64,000 bases of DNA from Haliotis cracherodii (taxonomy: Eukaryota), in assembly GCF_022045235.1 (NCBI RefSeq), contig NW_027266269.1:6386001-6450000 (forward strand). Reading direction: 5' to 3'. Under the pieces are notes generated by a model that was not told where the DNA came from, searched no databases, and was given only the letters and a program-made list of their open reading frames with translations. The position numbers were made by a program, and so were the translations under genes. Shown here piece after piece: positions 26,029-38,047 of the stretch (position 1 is the stretch's first letter; every line of letters begins with the position of its first letter).

Positions 26029-27229
26029 CCTGCTGCTACTGTGAAGAGGCAGCAACAACGTTCTTATCTTATTGCAAGGGAATATATTTCTACATACACC
26101 TGGATGTTAATCTGTTTTCTTCTAAGTTGAAACATAACGAGACAAAAAAGAGAAAGTTGAAAGAAATTGAGAAGAAGGTGTCCGCATTACGAAATACGTC
26201 AGGTGGAGAAATCCTTGTTCATCTGTATGGTCAAGACCCAGGAGACAGGTACCTTGGGCACTTTGACAGCTTCACAGACTCCTGCCTAAAGAATTTAATC
26301 CCTGACGGAAAACTGTTTACTGACGTTTATAAACGTGAGTGGTTGTGTGATGTTATTTCCAATGACGAAGGTCACCCTATACTTCTCCTCTCTGTAGAAA
26401 AATCAAAGTTTGTGACTACAGTACATTTCTACACAAAAGTCGCATCGGATTGCATGATTGAAAATGCGTCGACCACTGTTTTTGTCTCACTCCTGTCTAG
26501 AGATGTGAACAAACCAGTGAGAGAACCAAAACTAAGAGGACTTCACAACTTTTCGAAACGACTGCATGAAAACAGAAACATTGAACTTAAAAGTGTGTTC
26601 GTAAAGAAAGACCGTACATTTCGTGATATTTCTTCAGTTGTTGATTACATCTGGACAAATCTCAGATTCAGAGAAAATTTATGTTCCATGTCAAAACTTG
26701 AGAGAGGAGGTTCTTTCTTCGTGGGAATAAATGAAAGCAATGGAGAGCGAACATACGAATCAAAGGAAATAAATCCCAATGGTTTTCCTTGCCCCTGGAG
26801 TGTTGATGAGTTCCAAACGTCTTTGGAAGTGAAATTACAGTGTGACGCATCCTATCAAAGTCCAGAGGGCACTCTGACTTCAGTCCCCACCAGCATCATC
26901 ACGGTCGCACTGTACAACTCTCCTGTGCAGCCAGGTGCTAAAGTTTTAGAAATTGCAGTCGGATTTGCCGCGGGTATTGTATTCTATAATAAGAAGGGCC
27001 CGGAAACCTACACCATAGACAAAGAGGGACAAATTAGTAGAATGGAACATTGTGAATGGTTGGAGAAAATGAAAGCTTTTACTGTTGTTGACATAAAGTC
27101 GCAGTGATTTGAACACCATGTCTATCCACGGAAGTGACGCATCTTCATTTTCGTATCCTTCCTCTTTCTCTGACCAAGATTTCAAAGCTTTTGGTGGCCC
27201 TGCATTGAAATCCACCATTGCTGTTAGGG
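26029..27229 (+). CDS. SLFN: Schlafen core (SLFN/AlbA_2-type RNase) exon of copy B, with a +1 frameshift at ~27096-27105
   Basis: VSALRNTSGGEILVH (cf. SLFN CALLNSGGGVI), HENRNIELKS (E-x4-E-x-K, cf. ESQLVEFKQF), LCSMSKLERGGSFFVGINE (cf. VPAFANTGGGYLFIGVDD), GIVFYNKKGPETYTI..RMEHCEWLEKM (cf. AVFSEAPNSWIV..LTTEKWVGMM). Frame open 26025-27107; strong donor G|GTAAGA at 27229. 5' acceptor uncertain (26028 or 26126). Confidence 0.85.
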
Positions 27230-27559
27230 GTAAGAATGGTTGGCTTTGTTGTAATGATGTTTATTATATGTTAGTTTTAAGTTCAAATTCCTGTGTATTA
27301 TCGACAGTTCAATCAATAGTAAAGTACATGGTTTCTGACATGCATGGTCCATATGATAGTCATAATACATACCATTTATATAAATTATCACATGGACCAT
27401 TGTGATATCCATATCATGAATGCAGTAGCAACATTACCACAAACAAAATATGGGCGCAGTTTATTCAATATTGGTGGTGGTACCCAGGGTGAAGCTAGCT
27501 AGCAAAAGTAATATCCGAGTGCCTCTTTAAATTACCGGCACAACTCTGAACCCCAATCC

Positions 27560-27749
27560 ATGCGAGTAATCATTGATGAGCAACTCCCCTCCTTGATTCG
27601 GTCGACAAGCCATCGAAGCAACCTAGCAAATAACACCGTCAACAGCCGAGGAACTAGATCGCAGGGGAGATCATGCACGAAGGTAATAATCGACGAGCAG
27701 CTTCCCCACCTGCCCCAGTCAACAAGCCGTCGTCCAGCCACATTGCTCG
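27560..27749 (+). CDS. Probable linker exon of copy B with a duplicated VIIDEQLP motif (acceptor unclear)
   Basis: Two copies of VIIDEQLP differ only at synonymous positions; phase-1 donor G|GTATAA at 27749. Confidence 0.5.
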
Positions 27750-28139
27750 GTATAAGATAAGACACGACTCAGAGTTTATGCTTGGGATTGTAAGACTCGA
27801 GGAAAGAAAGACGTTATCTCCCTTTGAAGTGCCAGTTATTTTCTAAAAATGCACTTCTAAAGTAAGTGATATTAACAAAAATCTCATTTGCATGAACCAC
27901 AAAGTTGATCATTATGCTAAAAGTGATATGAATGAACATACTGAATTCGTGTTATCTAAAATTCAGCAGCACTTCATTGGGAGGTGGTAACTGTAGGTGT
28001 GTTGGCATAATGAAAATAATCAGGATTTGGGTTTATGTCAGCATTGTGAAAAAAACCACTAATCTTGTTACACTTTTTGTTAGTTTTTGCTGTTAGGTGT
28101 TTGTTTGTATGTCAGGTTAACCAGTTTTTCTTGTTTCAG

Positions 28140-28214
28140 ATTCAGACAAAACTGCACGAGTGCGTAGACCAACTTCATTAGTCGGGTCAGTGCACGAACA
28201 TGAGACTTTTAAAG
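28140..28214 (+). CDS. Copy B linker exon
   Basis: ttttcttgtttcag| acceptor and AAG|gtatgc donor; 75 nt, phase 1->1, open (DSDKTARVRRPTSLVGSVHEHETFKG). Confidence 0.7.
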
Positions 28215-28559
28215 GTATGCAAGTTATATTTCTTCAAAATGTTTCAAGTAACTTTTGACCAATTTCTGCAACCTGTCACTCTTGCCCTTCTTTTATGAGG
28301 AACTCTTAGAAGCCTAAATTCTACGTTCATATTTATTAATCACAATGTATTACATTGATCTTGTTAACGTGTGTTAGCAAGGTTGGTCATTGAACAAAAG
28401 AGTTCATTGAATTGTGCAGGGTCCGTTGCGTTTCCTGTCAATACCCCTTGCCCTTGCTCTAGTGGTCGTGGAATAAAGGACACACTCATTACTATCTTCT
28501 TTAAATAAACACCTGTGGGGACCCGCGGCAGATAAGAATGTGTCCTCAGCACCCATTGC

Positions 28560-31500
28560 ACAGGGGGGCAATCATTTTACGCTATGTCAACCCCCTTGAG
28601 AGTATAGTCACTTACTAACGCATCAAATTTACATATACCAATGTTACATTTTTTTATTTATTAATTTCAAAATATGATCTTAAAAAATGTATTTGTTTCT
28701 TTGTTGTTTAACGCCGCACTCAGCAATATTCCAGCTATATGGCGGTTTTTAAAAAACAAATGATTAAATGAGACCTCACGCTGTTAAAAATGTCCTTCAC
28801 ACTTGAAGCTTTGAAATATTTATCCCTTGCGATGGCACAATGAATGCAGTCAAGCAGGACATGCGTGACCGAGATTCTTTCATCACACGGGATACACATC
28901 GGTGGATCCTCACCTTTCAAAATATTTTCATGAGTGAGTGAGTGAATGAATATGCTTTACGCCGCATCAGCAATTTTGCAGCTAACCGCGGCGAGAAATG
29001 TCTTTTGTGTAATCATGTATCAACCAATACAATAAAAGTGATGTTAACTTTAGGGTTGTATAGATTGCCACTGAGGCATTGCTGGTTTTATGCGTCTCAA
29101 AGTAAGACAGGGTTCATTTGCCTCCACATACAAACTGTCAATGGATGATGTCCTAAATGCTCCAAGGCACAATTTGAAGTCCTTGGCTATATGACTTATG
29201 AGCTGAACCGTAAATGAACTACCATAGTCCAGTTTAGATCTGCTCAAGGTTCTATAGTTGTGCAAAAGTGTTTCTCTATCTCCACGCCATTTAGCATTTG
29301 AGACCATTTTAAGAATATGCTTTAAAAAATCTAGCTTCAAGATTTTTAATTTGAGGTATAAATGATAACCTATGATCAACGGAAATGCCATAAATCTTTG
29401 TTTCTTTGACCACTTTTATGGTATTATTATTTAAAGTCAATTCTGGATCTTTATGTACCTTCCGTTTAAAACTTAAGACCATTTATGTATTTTATTTAGA
29501 CAGAGCTGTAACTGTCTTTCAATGGTATTCATATTGACACCACGGCATGATATATTAAAATCATCAACAAATAACAAACAATCAATATTCATTTAAAACT
29601 TTAGCAAGACTGTTGAATTTTATTATAAAAAGCGTCACTGATAAAATGCTGCCCTGTGGGATCCCAATTTCCTGATCATATATCTCAGATAATGTGGAGC
29701 CCACTCGAACTTTAAATTTTCTTGTAAAAAAATAGTGATAAAATCAGGCATACTGCCACGAAGACCCATATTATGGAGATCTTTTAAGATGCCATATATT
29801 CATAATCAAAAAAAGATTGATACGCCATGATGTTTATTAATAAAACCATTGCATAGATATGACTCTGATCTAACGAGATGATCAATGGTGCTCCTCTGAT
29901 TCCTGAAACCGGACTGAATATCAGTTATCAAGTTATTAGAATCCAAATACCAGACAAGACGCGTGTTGATCATTTGTTCGATGGTTTTACAGCTTCAACT
30001 TGTTAAAGCTATTGGACCATGATTAGAAGGATTCGTGTGATCCTTCCCTGGTTTTGTCACAGGAATGATAGTAGCCTCATGCCAACAAGAGGGTCAAGAG
30101 ATATGACTCAGGTAGATGTTTCAATATTTGATAATGGATATCATCTGGCCCAGATGCTGTATCATCAGCTTCGTTTAGAGCCTCTTACAGTTCACACAAG
30201 GAAAAAGATTCATTATACTCTTCAGAACTCACGGATTTTAAATTAAGAATCTTCTGTACCTTCTGACTTTGATATCTTTGAAATTTTTTCACAGTTGGCA
30301 GACGATGAATATTTACTAATTGTCTCTGCCAGCTTATTAACGATGTCATTTTTGGAAGTTAATGTCTCAGTATCAGCTTTTAAGATTTGAACACTGCTTG
30401 TGGACCCTTTATCTTTCATCTTTTGAACCATATTCCATACTTTATTGATTGGATTACATGTAGTCAATTAGGAAACAAAATGTCTCCAGTTGCTACGTAT
30501 ATTTTGCTTGATGGTTTTGCTATGGTGCCATGGTGTACTAACATGTGGAGTTTTCGCGGTCTCGATGGCAATGTTGAGTATGGTATCAGAAAACAATTGA
30601 AGTTGGTCATGATCATTTATGAATTAATCAGCTTTCAGTTCAGTACTGCACAAAGTACCCAAAAGACAGCCAATCAGCCTTTGAAAATTGCCATTTGAAA
30701 ATGGAGGTATCCACACATGGAGAGACAGTGTAAAGGACGATAGGAAAGTGACCACAAATTATCATGAACAGACCAAGTAAACTCATTATTTGTGTGTTTG
30801 TTTGTTGTTTAACGCCGCACTCAGCAATATCCCAGCTATCGTTAACTCATTAAAGAGTGATGGACCAGAAATGGACATATCCAATGCTGCATTGAGGTAG
30901 GAGTTACTTCCGTCATTAAGCAGACACAGACTATGCTTAACAAGCATTTCGTCTTGTAGCTTTCCTTCGTCATTGTGATCACATGAACCCCATAAGGGGT
31001 TGTGACCATTATTAAGAAAAGTTTGGGAAGCTGGTCAATGAGATTATCCAGATCCCTAATTTGAAGCGCAGATGATGGAGGAGTATAATGGGCACAGAGC
31101 TATTGCAACATGTAAAGCTAAACGCACTGCAACAGCTTCCTTGAAAAGGAACTATATGCATCATACTGGCCCAACTAATATGAATAATCATCTTTTAGAA
31201 TGTTTCCTGGAGGCAAATTAACCACATGGTTATAATCGTTGGCTAGAAGTATGATTTCTTCAAAATTTGCTTTAACCCCACGACAATTCCATTGTATTAT
31301 TCATGGTTGGTGTGTGGATCGCTCCCAACCTTTTTCTTAGGAGAATGGCTCCTACAGTGGGTGTTCTGATTGACTGACACTTCCATGTCATCTGAAACAC
31401 CGGACAGCGGACAGCGTCTTGGCGTCCTTTTGTAAAACGATCACTTGAGCTTTTGTTTTTTTTTCAATAATTCACATTGACATTTTTCTTTTTCAAAGTG

Positions 31501-32410
31501 GTGAAGATGGTGTCTGAGTTTCAAATGATTTTGATGTAATATGTGAGGAGGATTTTGGTGACAGTAAAGTCTTGAGTTCACAATGACTCACCGGTTCTTC
31601 AGTATTTACCCAAACTGGACACTCTTTAGAGGAGTACATGTGAGGACCGAAGCAATTAACACATTCGAATTCACATTCACATGGCTGCCGTCATGATCTC
31701 CTCCTCCACAACGATAACAAGCGGCATTTTTTGTACATGTTTATAAACTTCTGACACTTAAAACACCTGAACGGATTAGGAACATACATGTCAATTCTCA
31801 TAGAGGAGCATCCTACTTTAATTGATTGAGGTAGCTTTTATTTGGAACATTAAATGTAAACAGGTAGGTTTTCGATGGTGAAAAGATTCCAACCTTCTAA
31901 AGGGTGAAACGCTTTGCCTCCACTACGACCCTGCATAGGTATCTGACTTACAATGTCATCTGTAGTTAGAACAGCAAGATTCTTATCTCTGTCTCTGATA
32001 ATGCCTTTGCTGAAGTTCAGGGACTTGTGTGGATAACATGTTATTCCTCATGTTCAGTGTCATCTGTATGATAACCTTTTTGTTTTGGGGGTTTTGAGCC
32101 ATGGAGGGTCAACAAGGACGATGCCAACAGGTGGCTCAAAGGATACCAAGAGGTATACTCAAGCAGAAACATTACAAAGAATGAACTACAACACTTTCTA
32201 GCAACATATAAACATACATATTTGGTTTGAATACAATTTAAGCAGAAGTAATATTTGCCAAATGAAAAACTAAATTGAGTCAAATCTGTGCTGATAAAGG
32301 TAACCCACAGGGCTCGGCATGATTAATAGGACCAGGCCATCCTACCACCTGTCTAGGTAAAGTTAGGGCAAAATGGTGTATGGGTCAAAGGAACACAACT
32401 CCTTGACCTA
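28560..32410 (-). mobile_element. Degraded near-full-length Nimb/I-clade LINE within a copy B intron
   Basis: 5' UTR homologous to 39930-40020; ORF1 YVPNP/CCHC knuckles (~31650-31800); APE IQWNCRGLKANF (~31300); RT/post-RT (RSKLDYGS, GAFRTSSIDSLYVEA); C-terminal CIPCDERISVTHVLLDC. Confidence 0.85.
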
Positions 32411-33402
32411 TTTAATAATATTATTTCTCATTTAATACTTGTTTTATATAAAAGAAACAGAACTGCCAAATACATTTTGAAACACGTGTTTTGTAATTAA
32501 TAAATGATCTCTAAATATTGGTAGAATAAATTGGATAACCAAGATTGTTAGTGGCTGTATCCCTTGAAGTAGTGTAAGAGTTGCTGGCTACCTATAGCTC
32601 GTTTTTTTATGTATTGTTCTGTCTAGTGATGTATTTTTATGGTTCCATGCTAGGTTTACATCATAATCTGTGAGAAGACATGTATTTATTATATATAAGC
32701 TTTGAAAGTCACGATATGGCTGAAATATTGCCGATGTGACTTTAACTTTTAAGTCACTCACTCACTCTCAAGAGAGATAAACGCGGCAAACACTTGTGAG
32801 CCTGGCCACTCGATCTAGTTCGTCGCCACTTACGAGAAGCATGCATGGTTGCTGAAGACCTCGTCTAATCTGGATCGCACAATCAACTGATTGGAAAACT
32901 AGCTGACAGTGTGCGACAGGAACGTTTACATTTGTATCACCATACATCCCCTCGATTTTAAATTATTTTGCTGGAAGCTCATGATAGATTGAAGTTCAAG
33001 GTCAGTGGGGACATGAAGTACTAACGTAGTCATAAGGGTTACTAGAGGCATTTTCAAAGTTATACTGCATAGATCAAACGTTTTCCAAAACCATTTGTGA
33101 TGGTTTTACACGAGAAGTGCTCACTAATGTGTTGTCTAGGCAGATATTAGTTGTAATGCACTGGCATGTATTTTGCAAAGCCAAACATGATGAATTCAAA
33201 CCATCCTATTAGTTGTTTTGAGATGCTGCATTCTGGATGAACGATAAATTTAGAAAAAAATATTGTTGCTGTCAGCTGTTTCTTGGTTCGGAAAAGTCAT
33301 GGTTCATTTCAACATTTCTGTTTGGAAAATCTGGGGCCTACGGGAAAAAGTGGCTGCCTTATTGTTTATCAACGTGTTTCAGAAACATTGTTCTACTTTC
33401 AG

Positions 33403-33480
33403 ATACTCAAATGTCAGCCGAGTTGCATCTGTCTACCACATTCACGAGTAGCTTGTTTCAGAAGCACATATATGATTCAG
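33403..33480 (+). CDS. Copy B linker exon
   Basis: ttctactttcag| acceptor and CAG|gtatgt donor; 78 nt, phase 1->1, open (DTQMSAELHLSTTFTSSLFQKHIYDSG). Confidence 0.65.
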
Positions 33481-34814
33481 GTATGTTAACCCAATGAATA
33501 ACAATAACATATTCTTATTTGCGAAAAAGATATGTATACCATATAGTTTTCAAAACTCAAGACAACACTCCCATGTAATTTAACTGATCGCTGTTTTTGC
33601 TCTATTTAAATCTTTAATGTCTGAAGCTAAATCGTGTTCCTCATTCATAAATCGTAAGCATTTTGGCTTGCGTAAACCTTTATCTCACGTTGTCCATCTA
33701 CCTGTCTGTCTGGCCGTCATAATCTTTTATATGTTACACATATTGACTGAAACCACAAGTCCTGAATTTTTTCAATGATGATTCAGCAAAAATGTCTCTA
33801 CCATATCCCAACCAAATTCTGATTCCATGGCCACAGTATCGAAAATGTTACTTGTTGCCCAACATTCGACATTTTGTTCATCATCATGAGATGCGAAGTT
33901 TGTATGATGTATTAACATACATGTTTTGGGAGCTATGTGTCTTTCCCTGCTTCGGCCTTTGGCCTTTGGTAGTTCAATGAAACTTACAGTATACAGTGTG
34001 GTAGTTCAATGAAACTTCCAGTATACAGTATGTCTTGTAGGTTTGGGCCCAGATCGGAAATGGTATTGAGTGACCTACGTGTAAGGTCAATGTCACATTC
34101 GTAGAGTAGATTATTATGCTATTTGAATACGATGCAGATGTTTTGTCTTATCTGGGCACGTCAAGTAAAGCAACAAAACCCTTTCCACATTCATAAGAAA
34201 TCTCTGATATCAGTGGTAGGCCACTGTGACCTACTCCCGAGTGAGTGAGTGAGTTAATATTTAACGTCGTTTCGGCATTGTTTCAGCCATATGGCTAGGA
34301 GAACAAGTTTTAATAGCAACAAGCATGTCATAAGAATACATCAAATACATAATGTTTAAAAGCAAATTTGCCAAGTATATTTTAGCATAACATTTCTATA
34401 TAAACCTGTTTAAACATGGGCTTTCTTGCTACCAGGAACCAGAGCTAAGCAACCTTACTGGGGATCATGGAAACTTACTCCTGCATCCTGCAAATACGTC
34501 AGTATTTTAGCTACCAATGATTGTGCACAATGATAGCCAATATTGGAAATTATCACCTTTGAGTTGGCTTAAGACCAATTTTCAAAGAGTAGCATGTGCG
34601 TTATTTGCTTGTTCCGTTGATTTTCACCTTGGCACATCATTGTCGGTTGATATGCTACATAGCCCTTTGGAATGTTGAAATACTTGTCACTGACACTGAA
34701 GATCAATTTCCTTATCAAGGTCATACACTAGAAATATATACGATGGTGAAGTGTTTACTATAGAATAAAGTTTGTACATATCATACATGTGATGGTTGGG
34801 TATGGGAATGGTAC

Positions 34815-35038
34815 GACATCCGGGAAGATCCAGGTTAGAATAGGTCTTCAGCATTCGATACCTGTCGTAGGAGGCAACTGACGAGATTGGGTGTTCAAGC
34901 TCGCTAACGTGCATGCCATCTCATCTAAACGTACATCGATGACCGATGGATTGTCTGGTCCAGACACGATTATTTAAAGACCGCCGTCATATTGCTTGAA
35001 CGTTACTGAGTGCGGGGTTAAACAACAAACAAGAAACC
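34815..35038 (+). mobile_element. SINE family A (diverged)
   Basis: GAAGATCCAGGTTAGAATAGGTCTTCAGCA head and GCGGGGTTAAACAAC tail. Confidence 0.8.
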
Positions 35039-35399
35039 CAAAATGGTAAGGTTTTGAGCGTTCTTCACTTATGGTCACGGTCCTGAGGCAGATCGCAAAT
35101 GGAATTAACTTATGTTCCATAATATGTTAGCTAGAGGCAAGGTTCAAACTAAAGGTATTGGTGTCACACCGTTAGTCTGAATGGTATGTGGGCGGGGACT
35201 AATAGAAATTACTGAGAGGGGTTGCTCCTTTTTTACAAGTACTTGCAAAATCTTTTGTAGGTTTATTAAGTCTTAGGCATATGTTATTGGAACACATTGT
35301 ATGGAAAGTATGACATATAAAACTCATCAAACATATGAATGTCTCCAAATTTGGAAGTACAATTGCTATTCTTAGTTTGAAGCAAGTGGCATTCTGTGT

Positions 35400-35635
35400 A
35401 AAGTCGTCATGATTCAAAGAGCGCCATACGGCACAGAAGCTGTTTGATCAAAGTTATAGCATTCAAGGCCTCAGTAAAGGTTTCCAAACGATTTGTGGTC
35501 GATACGTGGAGGATGTTTCCGTATTTTAGGTTCAGGTGAACAATTGACATGCCTTTGCATATGTTTTATGACGGGTGCAACTGGTAGTGCAGGAGACGAT
35601 CACCTTTTCGCGAACACCTGGCAACATCACTGACA
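35400..35635 (+). mobile_element. Penelope-like 3' end fragment
   Basis: QKLFDQSY-like peptide followed by ACGGGTGCAACTGGTAGTGCAGGAGACGATCACCTT..GAACACCTG, resembling the motif near 18430 on the opposite strand. Confidence 0.45.
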
Positions 35636-35693
35636 GTGATTCATGAACACATGTTCAAGATATAGTCGGAATGGTACAATCGACAATGCTTTT

Positions 35694-35853
35694 GAGCGAG
35701 TTAGTGAGTATGGTTTGACTCCGTTTTTAGCAATTTCACGGCGGGGGACACAAGAAATGGGCTTCACACATTGTACCCATGTCGGGAATCGAACCCGGGA
35801 CTTCGGCGTGACGAGCGAACGCTTTAACCACTAGGCTACCCGGCCGCACCCCT
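35694..35853 (-). mobile_element. Short tRNA-derived SINE family D
   Basis: Reverse complement GGTAGCCTAGTGGTTAAAGCGTTCGCTCGTCACGCCGAAGTCCCGGGTTCGATTCCC has A and B boxes; second copy at 62867-63020. Confidence 0.8.
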
Positions 35854-35929
35854 TTTGTATGAGACTCTTTATGAATATGGAAAGGTTTATGTTGCTTTTA
35901 TTCTTAGAGGTATTTTTGTAATGGAATCA

Positions 35930-36201
35930 GTGAACGTACCGGTTAGAATAGGTCTTCCTCAGCCCATGCTTGTTGTAAAATGTGACTATGCTGGTCCTGA
36001 GGGGCGACTAATGGGATCAAGGATCAAGGGGTCAGGATCGGTGACTTGGTTGAAGATGCATGTTATCGTATCCAAATTGCTTGGATCGATGCTCATGATA
36101 TCATTCACTGAATTTTCTGGTCCAGACTCGATTATTTACATATCTGGAATAGCTGGAATATTACAAAGCGTGGCATTAAGCAGCAAACAAACGAACGAAC
36201 A
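35930..36201 (+). mobile_element. SINE family A (diverged)
   Basis: GGTTAGAATAGGTCTTC..GGTCCAGACTCGATTATTTAC. Confidence 0.8.
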
Positions 36202-36350
36202 AATTGTACCAGGAGGTTCAAAGTTATCTTCCAATAATCGCAGGTACTTCAAATACAAATCGGCACAGTACATATATCATCTTTACTTTGAATGTTAAGA
36301 GTTGGAATGAGCTATAATCACAGTATAAAATGATTGTTTTCGTATTTCAG

Positions 36351-37059
36351 GTGCATTTGTCATCTATCCTAAATGTATGCATAGGATGTTGTCAAGAGAG
36401 TACCCAAAGATTCTGTCAGTACTTGAAGCAACGTATCGACTTGGAGCATTTATCTACGTCGGATCGTCTTTGCAATGTCTGTTTCTTGGAAATCAACAAT
36501 CTTTTAACAAAATCCACACTAACTTGATATGCGACATGTGCATTTTTCCAAAGAACAAGCCAGTCACCTTATTCACTGTTGCACGAGACAACATAGTGCA
36601 GTATCAACTCAACAGGTACAATTTACAAATGAGAAATAACTTGGAAGCATGTATAGACGGGGGAAGAGTTGGCTTCAAAGCCTTAGCTGGAGTTGTAACG
36701 CCTGAAGACTTTATAATCGGAGGAAAATTTGAGCGCCTAATTGCTGAGCAACAATCGGTGACGAAAATTCTTACAGAGACCCAGATGATTTCGTCTGTTG
36801 ACACCTTTCTACAGAAGCAAGCAGCCTGCAAGTTCATACAACGGTTTCGTGCAATTCCTGAAGAAACCGTATATCTAGTTCACGACCTATTTGAAGACTT
36901 TATTGAACTCATGGAAGACACCGAAAAAACAATTGTGTATTCCAAATGGTCAGGAAATACAATGTCTCTAATTTGTGAACTAGCTTACAGGTTAGCTTTG
37001 ATTGGCCACACATCCCTCCATTCGAAAACAGATGTGAAGGCAGAATTTGAAGAACTAAG
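36351..37059 (+). CDS. SLFN: Copy B exon: Schlafen SWADL-like linker domain plus start of a degenerate helicase domain
   Basis: tttcag| acceptor phase 1 and AG|gtatgg donor phase 2. PKCMHRMLSREYPKI (cf. PESLWRDLISEHRGL), GAFIYVGSSLQCLFL (cf. GILIFSRSWAVDLNL), NLICDMCIFPKNKPVTLFTV (cf. GVICDALLIAQNSTPILYTI), IVYSKWSGNTMSL (cf. FVHGLPGSGKTIM). Confidence 0.8.
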
Positions 37060-37928
37060 GTATGGTTTTGATTTATAATTGTCTTCACTTAAAACTTGTG
37101 AATATGGTGTAGTTCAAGTTCATGCATTCAATACGCTCTTGAAATTACGTGTTCATAATTTCTTGGGTATTGTCGACATACCATTAGTGACTAGACAGGT
37201 GGTTTCATGACAAGCAAAAACGTCAGCAGCCCAGCCCCCACTTTTTCCTGATGGCCCCAAAACGTTTCACATGGTCATTCCATGTTAAAAAGGGTCCACC
37301 AGAAACGCACCAAATCATGTGACAACTGACCTCACCCACGTTTATCACTATTTTCATCGATGATCCCAAATGTTGTCTAAACCAGTACAACATGAAAGTC
37401 CTACGTAGGCTTAATGTAACACTGTAGCATACCCCAGCACACATGACAAGTACAGAAGAAAGTGCTTAAACAATATTGCTCCTTGGAAAATATTTTGTAT
37501 AAGCATGCATAAAAACCAAGAACTTCATGCAATGAAACTACTTAAGTTATTTCATGAGTGAAAGACCTTCCATGGGACCTTCACATTGACATAACCGTAA
37601 CATATGACACTTTGGTTAAAAACAGCTCACACAAGGGTTGAATTGTTTGAGTGAAACGGAAGGAAGGTCATTGTAGTCAGGATATTGAGTAAATCATGTA
37701 GCCAAATCATTTAAGTTTGCAAGGACGTGATGTGATTTTCAAATGCACCATCACTGTCAAATTAAGAAAGTAACATTGTAATAGATGTTACTGTGCACAC
37801 AAACATACTGACTACATATCACATGAACATCTTTCGTTATATTAGATGGGATGTAGTTTTGTTAAGGTAAGCTAGGCAACACACCAATTCTTGGAAATGT
37901 CATTTCAAAATTATGCCTATGTCTTCAG

Positions 37929-38047
37929 GAAAGCAGAAAACATTTCCATATCGATCACTTATGACAAGAGTGTCACTGATGAGAACTTGCAAGAAGACGA
38001 CGTATCCTTGTCATCGTGGAAAGGTTGTACGATTATATTTCGAACGG
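37929..38047 (+). CDS. Copy B exon (degenerate Walker-B region)
   Basis: cttcag| acceptor and |gtaagt donor; phase 2->1, in frame with the previous exon; paralog of 101-219. Confidence 0.85.

Noticed and set aside
35770-35853. tRNA-Asp-like gene on the minus strand
   Set aside because: A/B boxes are present but there is no proper acceptor stem, and it continues into a SINE body and tail with a second copy at 62.9 kb.
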